From Halalkalibacterium halodurans (GTDB taxonomy: Bacteria; Bacillota; Bacilli; Bacillales; Bacillaceae_D): DNA of 32,000 nucleotides. Of this stretch, positions 1-9,988 are shown piece by piece. A program made the position numbers and the translations under genes. Where the stretch lies: assembly GCF_004376175.1 (NCBI RefSeq), contig NZ_SNUY01000001.1, positions 106,475 to 138,474 on the forward strand, given 5' to 3'. The notes under the pieces were generated by a model, which saw only the letters and a program-made list of their open reading frames with translations, had not been told where the DNA came from and ran no database searches. The stretch's first letter is position 1. Each line of letters opens with the position of its first letter.

Positions 1-416
1 TTCGTATCTTCCGGACGTTTGACTGGAGATGGAACCCCATTAAAATAACGAACTGGACGCAAGCAAACATAAAGGTCAAGTTCTTGACGTAATGCCACGT
101 TTAAAGAACGAATGCCTCCTCCAACTGGAGTCGTAAGCGGTCCTTTAATAGCGATTGTATACTCGCGAATCGTTTCAAGCGTCTCATCTGGAAGCCATTG
201 GCCTGTTTGATTGAACGCTTTCTCACCTGCCAAAATTTCTTTCCAGACAATTTTCTTTTCTCCGTTGTACGCTTTCTCCACAGCCGCATCGATCACCCGA
301 TGTGCAGCCGCCCAAATATCAGGACCTGTTCCATCCCCTTCGATAAATGGGATAATTGGATTGTTTGGTACTTCAAGTACCCCTGCACTTACTTTAATTT
401 TCTCTCCGTTTGCCAT
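1..416 (-). CDS. icd: Isocitrate dehydrogenase (NADP), N-terminal part; the gene runs off the left edge
   Basis: Absent from the ORF track because there is no stop in the window. Manual reverse-strand translation from the ATG at 416-414 gives [68 protein letters not shown]...[36 protein letters not shown], which I recognise as Bacillus-type Icd. AGGAGG (rc of 425-430) lies 8 nt upstream. It sits downstream of citZ, as in the citZ-icd-mdh operon. Confidence 0.93.
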   Translation of the reverse strand, partial: MANGEKIKVSAGVLEVPNNPIIPFIEGDGTGPDIWAAAHRVIDAAVEKAYNGEKKIVWKEILAGEKAFNQTGQWLPDETLETIREYTIAIKGPLTTPVGGGIRSLNVALRQELDLYVCLRPVRYFNGVPSPVKRPEDT

Positions 417-492
417 GAATGTTACCTCCTATGCGTTCGTCTTCCTCTCTTACTTCTATGTACACGGAGGACACACCTCCGACTGTACTCGT

Positions 493-1611
493 TTAGTTGC
501 GCTCTTCCAAACGTACATATTGTCGCTTGTTCGGTCCAACATATTCTGCCCGAGGGCGAATCAAGCGGTTGTTGCTGTATTGCTCTAAAATATGAGCCAA
601 CCATCCGCTCATACGGCTAACAGCAAAAATCGGTGTAAATAAGTCGTGTTTGATTCCAAGACTATGGTAAACGCTAGCGGAATAGAAATCAACGTTTGGC
701 AATAGTCCTTTTTCATTTGTTACGATTTCTTCAATTTTCACAGACATCTCGTACCACTTGCTTTCGCCCGTAATGCTCGTTAATTTCTTAGACATTTCCC
801 GTAGGTGTTTAGCACGTGGATCGCCATTTTTATACACTCGGTGACCGAAGCCCATAATTTTTTGTTTGTTGTCCAAAGCTTTGCGGATGTAAGGTTCAAC
901 GTTTTCAACATCGCCGATTTCCGTGAGCATGGCCATTACCTGTTCGTTGGCCCCACCGTGAAGAGGTCCCTTTAATGCCCCAATCGCTGCTGTAATACCA
1001 GAGTAAACGTCAGAAAGAGTCGCAACACAGACTCGTGCTGTGAATGTAGAGGCGTTTAGCTCGTGATCAGCATGCAGAACAAGTGCTTTATTAAATGCAT
1101 TAACCGCTATTTCATCTGGCTCTTCTCCTGTTAGCATGTACAAGAAATTCGCCGCAAAACTTAAATCTGTACGAGGAGCAACAGGCTCTTTTCCTTCGCG
1201 AATGCGAGAAAACGCTGTCACAACCGTTGAAACTTGCGCTTGAAGCTTCAATGCCTTTCGCTTGTTTGCTGCTTCATCCATAAGATCCGCTTCCTCATCA
1301 TACAAGCCTAAGCTTGAAATCGCTGTGCGAAGAGCGCCCATTGGGTGTACGCGATCTAACGGATAAGCTTTCATTTGCTCAATGACTTCTTGCGGGATTT
1401 CAGCGTTATTTGCAAGTTCATCTGCAAGTTCTTTAAGCTCTACTTTATTTGGGAGCTTTCCATTCCAAAGAAGGTATATTACTTCTTCAAAACTTGCATG
1501 TTCAGCAAGTTCATCAATATCGTATCCTTGATACGTTAATACACTTTCAATAATCGAACTTACGCTAGATGTCGTCGCAACGACGCCTTCAAGACCACGA
1601 GTGACACTCAT
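493..1611 (-). CDS. citZ: Citrate synthase II
   Basis: ORF 493..1653. The product reads MSVTRGLEGVVATTSSVSSII...HADHELNASTFTARVCVATLSD...GFGHRVYK..., collinear with B. subtilis CitZ. I placed the start at the ATG at 1611 (372 aa), which has GGAGAGGG upstream. The 14-codon upstream extension has no RBS. Confidence 0.93.
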   Translation of the reverse strand: MSVTRGLEGVVATTSSVSSIIESVLTYQGYDIDELAEHASFEEVIYLLWNGKLPNKVELKELADELANNAEIPQEVIEQMKAYPLDRVHPMGALRTAISSLGLYDEEADLMDEAANKRKALKLQAQVSTVVTAFSRIREGKEPVAPRTDLSFAANFLYMLTGEEPDEIAVNAFNKALVLHADHELNASTFTARVCVATLSDVYSGITAAIGALKGPLHGGANEQVMAMLTEIGDVENVEPYIRKALDNKQKIMGFGHRVYKNGDPRAKHLREMSKKLTSITGESKWYEMSVKIEEIVTNEKGLLPNVDFYSASVYHSLGIKHDLFTPIFAVSRMSGWLAHILEQYSNNRLIRPRAEYVGPNKRQYVRLEERN

Positions 1612-1778
1612 ACTACCCTCTCCTTTTCCTATTACTTTTACTCTTAAATGCAACGGATTGATCAGGGGCTTTATCGATATGTATCTTTTCCCTGTCCCGT
1701 TTTTGAAAAGCTTTTGGAAAACGTAACAAAATCACATTTTCCTCTATTGTTGTACAGGAAGGAAGTCAACCAATTCTT

Positions 1779-1807
1779 ATTATAAACATTATTTCAACTT
1801 TTGTGAA
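1779..1807 (-). promoter_or_regulatory. Candidate sigma-A promoter for citZ (TTCACA-17 nt-TATAAT)
   Basis: On the minus strand, TTCACA is the rc of 1802-1807 and TATAAT is the rc of 1779-1784, with a 17-nt spacer. It lies about 160 nt upstream of the citZ start. This is a motif match only. Confidence 0.4.
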
Positions 1808-1895
1808 TGTTTAAGAGCATTTTTCGACAAGAAGGTTTCTCCAGCGAAGAGCGAAATTCCTTTTAAAATAAAGGTGTTTGCGCAGAACGGCATGA

Positions 1896-2369
1896 TTATC
1901 CCCAAAACGAACCGAGCCACTGGACAACCTTCATTGTCAAATAGGCAATCCCAGCGCCAATTAAAGGCCCTACAGCCACACCATTAAATACGGCAACAGC
2001 AAGAATCGTACCGAGCACGAGTGCTGTCGTAATATGAGGGTCATTCTTTAACAAATCAATTCCACTTGCTGCAATGAGCGCAACGACAACGCCTGAAAGA
2101 AGAGCAACCCATGCATAAGATGAACGGATCGCTTCCCCCATTTGCTTAAACCCGATTTCTCCCGTCGCAATCGGTGTTAGTACAGCAATTGTAATAATGG
2201 TTACACCAAGACTGATACCTTTTTGCTGAAAAAATGGGAAAACCTTGTCCCCAACGCCAATAAATTTAATGACGAGGAGCACAAGTACTGCAATAAGTAG
2301 CGATTGATTTTTTGCTAGTAGTGCAATCACTAACAAAACAAGCATAAAAATAGTCGCTTGAGATATCAA
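1896..2369 (-). CDS. ytwI: UPF0756/DUF441 small integral membrane protein (YtwI-like)
   Basis: ORF 1896..2438. The product is hydrophobic and multi-TM (ISQATIFMLVLLVIALLAKNQ...GAGIAYLTMKVVQWLG). The likely start is the TTG at 2369 (157 aa), preceded by AGGAGGAAGGAAGGA. It is next to citZ, as ytwI is in B. subtilis. Confidence 0.75.
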   Translation of the reverse strand: MISQATIFMLVLLVIALLAKNQSLLIAVLVLLVIKFIGVGDKVFPFFQQKGISLGVTIITIAVLTPIATGEIGFKQMGEAIRSSYAWVALLSGVVVALIAASGIDLLKNDPHITTALVLGTILAVAVFNGVAVGPLIGAGIAYLTMKVVQWLGSFWG

Positions 2370-2567
2370 CTTTTGTTGTCCTTCCTTCCTCCTAAACAAT
2401 CCTCGTTCATCATACCATAAATGTAAGCGCTTTGTCATGTTTCATAGTATTTGCTCAGCGGCTAGGACATATCATAAAACAAAATCCAGAACGACCTCGC
2501 TTCTCGGCCAAACCATGCGAAAAAGCCCTATGCTGCTAGTGAGCACAAGGCAACTAACTTTAACGGA

Positions 2568-2963
2568 TCACCGTCTTGAAATGAAGACGAATGAACCATT
2601 TCGAGCCATTTTATTGAACAGTTTAAGAATGAAGCCCTTCGCAATTCCTCTCGTTTGTGGGATCAGAAGAAAGAACCCAAGGGCATCTGTAATAAATCCT
2701 GGTTTAAGTAACACAACACCGCCTATCAGGATACAAATGCCGTCAAGAAGCATGTCACTTGGAACTCGGCCTTGCTCTACCTCAAGCTGCGCTAAGCGAA
2801 TCGTTTGTAATCCTTCTCGTTTCGCAAGCCATGCTCCCAGAACACCTGTGAGCAAAATCAACCCAATGGTAGGCCAAAGGCCAATCGCTTGGCCAAATAA
2901 AATCAAAAGGGCAATTTCAGCTGCAGGGACAATGATAATGAGCAACAATAAGATTCGAAACAT
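2568..2963 (-). CDS. fxsA: FxsA family membrane protein (B. subtilis YtzA equivalent)
   Basis: 131-aa ORF reading MFRILLLLIIIVPAAEIALLILFGQAIGLWPTIGLILLTGVLGAWLAKREG...GFITDALGFFLLIP, the typical FxsA pattern. A GGGAG RBS lies 7 nt upstream. Confidence 0.85.
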   Translation of the reverse strand: MFRILLLLIIIVPAAEIALLILFGQAIGLWPTIGLILLTGVLGAWLAKREGLQTIRLAQLEVEQGRVPSDMLLDGICILIGGVVLLKPGFITDALGFFLLIPQTRGIAKGFILKLFNKMARNGSFVFISRR

Positions 2964-2986
2964 CGCACATCTCCCTTATCATAGAG

Positions 2987-3016
2987 AAAAAGAGAAGGGA
3001 TTTTCCCTTCTCTTTT
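2987..3016 (-). terminator. Rho-independent terminator downstream of pyk
   Basis: AAAAGAGAAGGG-loop-CCCTTCTCTTTT hairpin lying immediately 3' of the pyk stop codon (3019-3021). On the minus strand the stem is followed by a U-run. Confidence 0.75.
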
Positions 3017-3018
3017 CA

Positions 3019-4773
3019 TTATAGTACACTTGCTTGCCCTCTGTAAATGTCACCGCGGCTCGTATCGACCGTTATTTCTTCCCCATCTTTAAAGAGCGCA
3101 GACGCATTTTGTACACCGACGATCACAGGTGTATTAAGACTTAGACCAACAACTGCGGCATGGGATGTAATCCCACCTTCTTCGGTAATGACGGCGGCTG
3201 CTTTTTCAAAGGCTGGCATCATATCCTTATCCGTGCTGAAAGTAACTAAAATCGACCCTTCTTCAACCTTTGCATTTGCTTCCTCTGCATTAGCAGCAAT
3301 GACGACTTTGCCGTTCACCGTGACGCGTCCAATGCCTTGACCTTTCGCGACCACTTCACCAATGACGTGAACTTTCATAATGTTCGTCGTTCCTGTCTCT
3401 CCCACTGGAACACCTGCCGTGATGACGACAAGATCCCCTTGTTTCACCAATTGGGACTTTAACGCTGTCTCAACGGTCACTTGAAGCATATCATCCGTCG
3501 TCTCTGCCTCTTCTCCAAGGATTGAATACACTCCCCAAACGAGAGCGAGTTGACGAACAACTGTTTCGTTACTTGTAACTGCTACAATTGGTGATTTCGG
3601 GCGGTATTTCGCTACTACGCGAGCTGTATGGCCGCTTTCAGTCGCCGTCAAGATTGCACTTGCATTCAAGTTGAATGCTGTGTGGCCAACCGATTGACTA
3701 ATAGCACTCGTAATCGTCGTTCTCGCTTCTTTTGTATGCTTGGACAAGATTTCTTGATAGTTTAGGGCTTGCTCTGCACGCTCTGCAATTCGGCTCATCG
3801 TCTGAACCGCCTCGACTGGATAATCCCCAGCTGCGGTTTCACCGGAAAGCATGATCGCATCCGTTCCATCAAAAATCGCATTCGCTACATCACTAGCTTC
3901 GGCTCGAGTTGGACGTGGGTTACGCTGCATCGAGTCAAGCATCTGTGTCGCTGTAATAACAGGTTTAGCTACAAGGTTGCATTTCTTAATAAGCGACTTT
4001 TGCACAAGTGGAACTTCCTCAGCAGGAATCTCTACCCCTAGATCTCCGCGGGCCACCATCAAACCGTCTGATACTTCAAGAATTTCCTCGATGTTATCAA
4101 CGCCTTCTTGATTCTCGATCTTAGGGATGATTTTAATATGCTCTGCCCCGTGCTGCTCAAGCAATTCGCGAATTTCTAGTACATCTTGCGCTCTGCGAAC
4201 GAATGAAGCTGCAATGAAATCGACGCCTTGCTCTATCCCAAACTTGATATCCGCTGCGTCTTTTTCTGTGATTCCAGGCAGGTTGACGCTTACGTTCGGG
4301 ACATTGACACCTTTTTTATTTTTCAATGTGCCGCTGTTCAAGACTTTTGTCAAAATCTCTTGATCGCGAACCTCAACGACTTCTAGCCCAATTAACCCAT
4401 CATCTAATAAAATTTTTGCACCTGGTACAACATCATGCACTAGGCCCGGATATGTGACAGAAATACGCTCACTCGTACCTACAACCTCCTTCATAGAGAT
4501 GACAAGCTCTTGCCCTGCCTTTAATTCGGCCACGCCCCCTTCAAGGGTTTGGGTACGAATTTCCGGTCCTTTTGTATCAAGTAAAATCGCAACTGTTTTT
4601 CCGATACGTTTCGCTGCTTCTCGAATGTTTTTGATTCGTGCACCGTGCTCTTCAAAGTCCCCATGGGAAAAATTTAACCGCGCAACATTCATGCCTGCTT
4701 CCATTAATTGTTCTAACTTTTCTACACTTTCACTCGCCGGACCGATCGTACAAACGATTTTTGTCTTTCGCAT
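3019..4773 (-). CDS. pyk: Pyruvate kinase with a C-terminal PEP-utilizer (swivel) domain
   Basis: ORF 3019..4800. The product starts [44 protein letters not shown] and continues to the C-terminal ...[21 protein letters not shown] domain typical of Bacillus/Geobacillus Pyk. Start is the ATG at 4773 (584 aa), with GGGGAGG upstream. Confidence 0.95.
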   Translation of the reverse strand: MRKTKIVCTIGPASESVEKLEQLMEAGMNVARLNFSHGDFEEHGARIKNIREAAKRIGKTVAILLDTKGPEIRTQTLEGGVAELKAGQELVISMKEVVGTSERISVTYPGLVHDVVPGAKILLDDGLIGLEVVEVRDQEILTKVLNSGTLKNKKGVNVPNVSVNLPGITEKDAADIKFGIEQGVDFIAASFVRRAQDVLEIRELLEQHGAEHIKIIPKIENQEGVDNIEEILEVSDGLMVARGDLGVEIPAEEVPLVQKSLIKKCNLVAKPVITATQMLDSMQRNPRPTRAEASDVANAIFDGTDAIMLSGETAAGDYPVEAVQTMSRIAERAEQALNYQEILSKHTKEARTTITSAISQSVGHTAFNLNASAILTATESGHTARVVAKYRPKSPIVAVTSNETVVRQLALVWGVYSILGEEAETTDDMLQVTVETALKSQLVKQGDLVVITAGVPVGETGTTNIMKVHVIGEVVAKGQGIGRVTVNGKVVIAANAEEANAKVEEGSILVTFSTDKDMMPAFEKAAAVITEEGGITSHAAVVGLSLNTPVIVGVQNASALFKDGEEITVDTSRGDIYRGQASVL

Positions 4774-4823
4774 TTCATTGCCTCCCCTGTTTTCCTTCAA
4801 CAGCTCTTTTATAAGAACCTTTG

Positions 4824-5855
<1,032 letters not shown>

Positions 5856-5979
5856 TCATCGTGAAACGTCTTCCCCAAGCAGATCTGCTCATTCTGAACA
5901 CAAACTTGTGACCATTGGCCCTCATTTTTTAAAAATACCACTTTAACGAGCTGAATACAACTATGGACAAGACATAATG

Positions 5980-6011
5980 AAAAGTGCTTCCTCTTAGGAA
6001 GAAAGCACTTT
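5980..6011 (-). terminator. Rho-independent terminator downstream of accA
   Basis: AAAGTGCTTCC-TCTTA-GGAAG..AAGCACTTT hairpin 4 nt beyond the accA stop. There is a U-run on the minus-strand 3' side. Confidence 0.7.
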
Positions 6012-6015
6012 GTCT

Positions 6016-6993
6016 TTAATTGACGCTTATGGCATCGTTTACATGGGAAAACTCCCCAATTTTCTTGTATTTTTCGTAACGCTTATTCAGAAGTTCTTCC
6101 GTCGTTAGGGATGACAATTGCTTTAACGATTTCTCTAGCACTTGATCAATAGCTTCGGCCTGTTCGGCTACATTACGGTGAGCACCGCCTCTAACTTCAG
6201 GAATAATGTCATCTATAATTTGGAGCTCCTTTAAATCAGGTGCTGTAATTTTCATCGTTTCTGCGGCCCGTTGTGCTTGGGATGCATCTTTCCAAAGCAA
6301 AGCGGCTGCTCCTTCAGGAGAAATAACCGAATAGGTGGAGTTTTCTAGCATGTGGATTCGATCCCCTACTCCTAACGCTAGCGCCCCTCCACTTCCTCCT
6401 TCACCGATCACGATGCAAACAATTGGAACTTTCAATCCTGCCATTTCCAATAGGTTACGGGCAATCGCTTCACTCTGCCCCCGTTCTTCGGCCGCCTTTC
6501 CAGGGTACGCTCCCTTCGTATCAATAAAACAGATGACTGGACGGTGGAACTTTTCCGCCTGTTTCATTAAACGTAACGCCTTACGGTAGCCTTCAGGATG
6601 AGGCATTCCAAAGTTGCGGCGAATGTTCTCCTTCGTATCTTTGCCCCGCTGATGGCCAATCACGGTTACAGGTTGGCCTTTGTATTTCGCAATCCCAGCA
6701 ACAATCGCTTCATCATCACCATACAATCGATCTCCGTGCATTTCTAAAAAATCCGAGAACAATTGCTCGATATAATCCAACGTCGTTGGCCTCTCGCCAT
6801 GGCGAGCAATCTGTACCCGTTGCCACGGCTTCAAGTTACCGTAAATATTCTCTTCAAGGGCATGAAGTCGTTTTTCTAGCTTTTCAATCTCATCCGAAAG
6901 ATCGATCTCTTTTTCTTCTGTAAATGTGCGCAATTCTTCAATCTTTCCTTTCAAGTCGCGAATCGGCTTCTCGAAGTCAAGCTCAGTTGACAT
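6016..6993 (-). CDS. accA: Acetyl-CoA carboxylase carboxyltransferase alpha subunit
   Basis: ORF 6016..7002. The product reads [22 protein letters not shown]...[37 protein letters not shown]...[13 protein letters not shown]. Start is the ATG at 6993, with AGGAGGTGAGG upstream. Confidence 0.94.
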   Translation of the reverse strand: MSTELDFEKPIRDLKGKIEELRTFTEEKEIDLSDEIEKLEKRLHALEENIYGNLKPWQRVQIARHGERPTTLDYIEQLFSDFLEMHGDRLYGDDEAIVAGIAKYKGQPVTVIGHQRGKDTKENIRRNFGMPHPEGYRKALRLMKQAEKFHRPVICFIDTKGAYPGKAAEERGQSEAIARNLLEMAGLKVPIVCIVIGEGGSGGALALGVGDRIHMLENSTYSVISPEGAAALLWKDASQAQRAAETMKITAPDLKELQIIDDIIPEVRGGAHRNVAEQAEAIDQVLEKSLKQLSSLTTEELLNKRYEKYKKIGEFSHVNDAISVN

Positions 6994-7005
6994 TGACCTC
7001 ACCTC

Positions 7006-7854
7006 CTATGAAACATGATGGATATCAAGGATTTTGGTCAAAGTGTCTTTCATCTCTGACCTTGGAATAACCCGATCTAGCTGTCCATGCTTTAACAAAA
7101 ATTCTGCTGTCTGAAAGTCATTTGGTAATTCCTCACGGATGGTTTGCTCAATGATTCGACGCCCTGCAAACCCAATGAGCGCTCCAGGTTCAGCAAAATT
7201 GTAGTCACCTAATGAAGCAAAGCTTGCCGATACCCCACCAGTCGTTGGATGGGTCATAACCGAAATGAACAAACCACCTACTCGGTCTAGACGTTCGAGA
7301 GCAGCACTTGTTTTTGCCATTTGCATTAAGCTTAATACCCCTTCTTGCATACGCGCCCCGCCCGATGCAGAGAAAAGGAGGAATGGCTGCTTGTTTTCGA
7401 TCGCCCGCTCAATAGCACGGGTGATTTTTTCCCCAACGACTGATCCCATGCTCCCCATCCGGAAGCGAGCATCCATGACACCGATGACGAGCGGAAACCC
7501 GTTCATCGTTCCTTCTCCCGTCACAATCGCTTCATTTAAGTTCGTTTTCTTTCGATCCGCTTCCACCTTTTCACGATACGTCGGAAACGAAAGTGGATCT
7601 TCCGTCGTCATCCCTTTATCCAGCTCTACAAAGGTTCCTGGATCCAGCAAACTTTCGATCCGATCGAAAGCGTTCATTCTGTGGTGGAAGCCACATGAAT
7701 CACATACGTATAAATTTTTTTTCAACTCTTTTGTATACATAATCGTCCGACATGAAGGACATTTTGTCATAATCCCTTCAGGTATATCATGCTTCGCCCG
7801 CTCAGAAGGGATCGTTGCATATCGCTTTTTCTTAGAAAAAAAGTCTTTTAGCAC
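7006..7854 (-). CDS. accD: Acetyl-CoA carboxylase carboxyltransferase beta subunit (Zn-ribbon N-terminus)
   Basis: ORF 7006..7920. Homology to B. subtilis AccD begins at (V)[43 protein letters not shown]. The GTG at 7854 is preceded by AGAGGTG 6 nt upstream. The ATG at 7920 is a possible alternative start, so the start is uncertain. Confidence 0.9.
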   Translation of the reverse strand: MLKDFFSKKKRYATIPSERAKHDIPEGIMTKCPSCRTIMYTKELKKNLYVCDSCGFHHRMNAFDRIESLLDPGTFVELDKGMTTEDPLSFPTYREKVEADRKKTNLNEAIVTGEGTMNGFPLVIGVMDARFRMGSMGSVVGEKITRAIERAIENKQPFLLFSASGGARMQEGVLSLMQMAKTSAALERLDRVGGLFISVMTHPTTGGVSASFASLGDYNFAEPGALIGFAGRRIIEQTIREELPNDFQTAEFLLKHGQLDRVIPRSEMKDTLTKILDIHHVS

Positions 7855-7919
7855 ACTCGACACCTCTTTTTTCGCTATGTAATGAACTGGAAGTGCCTTT
7901 CCATCGCTTCCTTGATCCA

Positions 7920-8573
7920 TTAGTGCTGCAAATGCAGCGCCATGGTCAACGTCGCTTGCTGTTCATCTTTTTTCTTTAAAGCTTCCACAATCGTGCGATG
8001 CTCCTGCACAATCGCCTTACGCTGCCTGCGCTGTACCACTTCATAGGTCATTGCCGTTTGATGATATTCTACGAGAGATGCCCACATATTGTAAAGAAGC
8101 CGATTTTGACAAGCAGCAACGATGCGTTCGTGAAACCGATGATCATGTTTACGAAAGTCATCCTCGCTATGTTTCTCTATTTCCGATTCAAGAATGAGTT
8201 CATCCAATTGCTGAATTTCTGTTTCAGTTATGCGACGACACGCTAAACGCAATGCCTCAATTTCTACAATTCTCCTCGTTTCCCCTAAATCCTTCAATGC
8301 TTGTTGATCTTTTAATAAAAAGGATAAAATCACGCTGACGAGAGGATAACTATTGGCTGGACGAATAAACGTCCCTTCGCCCCTTCGTGTTTCAATCAAA
8401 TCTAAGAGCTCCAAAGCTCGAAGTGCCTCGCGAACGGATGAGCGACCTACATGTAACCGGTCGCTCAATTCCCGTTCAGAGGGGAGCTTATCACCAGCAG
8501 AAAGTTGGTCAGCACGTATGATTTGATTAATCTGTTTAATGACCTCTAAATAGACTTTGTCACCAGCTGACAA
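7920..8573 (-). CDS. GntR/FadR-family transcriptional regulator (winged HTH plus FCD-type C-terminal domain)
   Basis: 217-aa ORF. The N-terminal [40 protein letters not shown] is the GntR HTH signature. The helical C-terminal half carries histidines (HDHRFHERI...EHRTIVEAL) typical of FCD domains. Confidence 0.85.
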   Translation of the reverse strand: MSAGDKVYLEVIKQINQIIRADQLSAGDKLPSERELSDRLHVGRSSVREALRALELLDLIETRRGEGTFIRPANSYPLVSVILSFLLKDQQALKDLGETRRIVEIEALRLACRRITETEIQQLDELILESEIEKHSEDDFRKHDHRFHERIVAACQNRLLYNMWASLVEYHQTAMTYEVVQRRQRKAIVQEHRTIVEALKKKDEQQATLTMALHLQH

Positions 8574-8613
8574 ACATTTCTCACCTGCACTCTCTTGTAG
8601 CCACTTTTACAAA

Positions 8614-9846
8614 TTACTCAATGATAGCTAATTTCTTTGTCTTTGCTTCCACTTCAGCAGGATCAACCTTTCTTCTAGCAACTCCTGTTTCCATCGCCGT
8701 TTTCGCCACAGCTGCCGCCACAGCTGGTGCGACACGCGGATCAAATGGAGCAGGAATGACATAGTCAGGATCTAAATCCTCTTCCGCTACAAGGTCAGCA
8801 ATCGCATGAACAGCAGCAACCTTCATTTCTTCGTTGATGTGCGTCGCCCGTGCATCAAGCGCTCCGCGGAAAATACCAGGAAACGCAAGCACGTTATTTA
8901 CTTGATTCGGGAAGTCTGAGCGTCCCGTTCCGATCACTTTCGCTCCTGCTGCTTTCGCCTCTTCAGGCATAATCTCCGGCACAGGGTTAGCCATCGCAAA
9001 AATAATAGGATCATCATTCATATTTTCAATCATTTCTTTCGTAAGTGCTCCAGCTACAGAAACACCGATAAAAACATCGGCTCCTTTGAGCACATCTCCA
9101 AGGCCACCATCGATTTTGTCGCGGTTTGTCCACTTCGCCACTTCTGCTTTCATGTCATTCATGCCATACGGACGGCCGTCATAGATGGCTCCTTTTGAAT
9201 CACACATTATAATATCCCGTACACCCATTCGTTGCATCAGCTTAATAATAGCAATTCCGGCTGCACCTGCTCCGTTGGCCACGACTTTAATCTCCGACAT
9301 TCTCTTTCCTGTTAATTTTAGCGCGTTAATAAGGCCCGCCAAAGTCACGATGGCTGTTCCGTGTTGATCATCATGAAAAACAGGGATGTTTGTTTCCTTC
9401 TTTAGACGCTCTTCAATTTCGAAGCAGCTCGGTGCGGCAATATCCTCTAAGTTAACGCCACCAAAAGTAGGCTCAAGCAGTTTCACCGTTTCCACAATTT
9501 GATCGACATCTGTTGTCCGCAAGCAAATCGGAAACGCGTCTACACCAGCGAAGGATTTAAATAACACAGCCTTCCCTTCCATAACTGGAAGAGAAGCCTC
9601 CGGTCCGATGTTTCCTAACCCTAGCACCGCCGTTCCGTTACTTACTACTGCTACCATATTGCCCTTCATTGTATATTCATAAACCGTTTCCACATCTTCA
9701 AAAATTTCTTTGCACGGCTCGGCAACACCCGGTGAATAAGCAAGGCTTAAATCTCTTGCATTTCGTACGGGAACCTTAGACTTCGACTCTAATTTTCCTT
9801 GATTTTCTCGGTGAATGTGTAAAGCTTCCTCTCTTGTCGTCGCCAC
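8614..9846 (-). CDS. ytsJ: NAD(P)-dependent malic enzyme
   Basis: ORF 8614..9855. The product reads ...TTREEALHIHRENQGKLESKSKVPVRNARDLSLAYSPGVAEPCKEI...VSNGTAVLGLGNIGP..., collinear with B. subtilis YtsJ. I prefer the GTG at 9846 because GGAG lies 10 nt upstream. The GTG at 9855 is only 1 nt from the SD. Confidence 0.92.
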   Translation of the reverse strand: MATTREEALHIHRENQGKLESKSKVPVRNARDLSLAYSPGVAEPCKEIFEDVETVYEYTMKGNMVAVVSNGTAVLGLGNIGPEASLPVMEGKAVLFKSFAGVDAFPICLRTTDVDQIVETVKLLEPTFGGVNLEDIAAPSCFEIEERLKKETNIPVFHDDQHGTAIVTLAGLINALKLTGKRMSEIKVVANGAGAAGIAIIKLMQRMGVRDIIMCDSKGAIYDGRPYGMNDMKAEVAKWTNRDKIDGGLGDVLKGADVFIGVSVAGALTKEMIENMNDDPIIFAMANPVPEIMPEEAKAAGAKVIGTGRSDFPNQVNNVLAFPGIFRGALDARATHINEEMKVAAVHAIADLVAEEDLDPDYVIPAPFDPRVAPAVAAAVAKTAMETGVARRKVDPAEVEAKTKKLAIIE

Positions 9847-9937
9847 AGTAGACACGCTCCTTCAAAGATAGTAGTTATTTTACAAAGTTTATATAATGGC
9901 TTTAGCTGGTCTGACCACCTGTATAAAAACATCTTTT

Positions 9938-9965
9938 ATTATAACAGACGAGCCCTTCTTGTACA
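9938..9965 (-). promoter_or_regulatory. Candidate extended -10 promoter for ytsJ (TGTACA-16 nt-TGtTATAAT)
   Basis: The minus strand reads TGTTATAAT (rc of 9938-9946), with TGTACA at 9960-9965. This is a motif match only. Confidence 0.35.
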
Positions 9966-9988
9966 CCCTTGTTTCACTGAGCCATCAT

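Noticed and set aside
465-481. CGGAGG-ACACA-CCTCCG hairpin between citZ and icd.
   Set aside because: There is no U-tract on the transcribed (minus) strand. It is probably an intercistronic stabiliser or a chance structure, and it is not a supportable terminator.
1715-1728. TGGAAAACGTAACA in the citZ leader looks like a CcpA cre site. Nearby AT-rich dyads (1775-1795) could be CcpC boxes.
   Set aside because: The central CG is displaced by one nucleotide relative to the consensus TGWAANCGNTNWCA. The dyads do not fit ATAA-N7-TTAT. I cannot support either from sequence alone.
7265-7882. 205-aa plus-strand ORF inside accD. Similar long antisense ORFs occur at 2437..3024, 4454..4897, 5218..5673, 11610..12226 and 21672..22313.
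   Set aside because: They lie fully antisense to genes with unambiguous homology. They lack RBS and have low-complexity Ser/Pro/Arg-rich composition typical of shadow ORFs.
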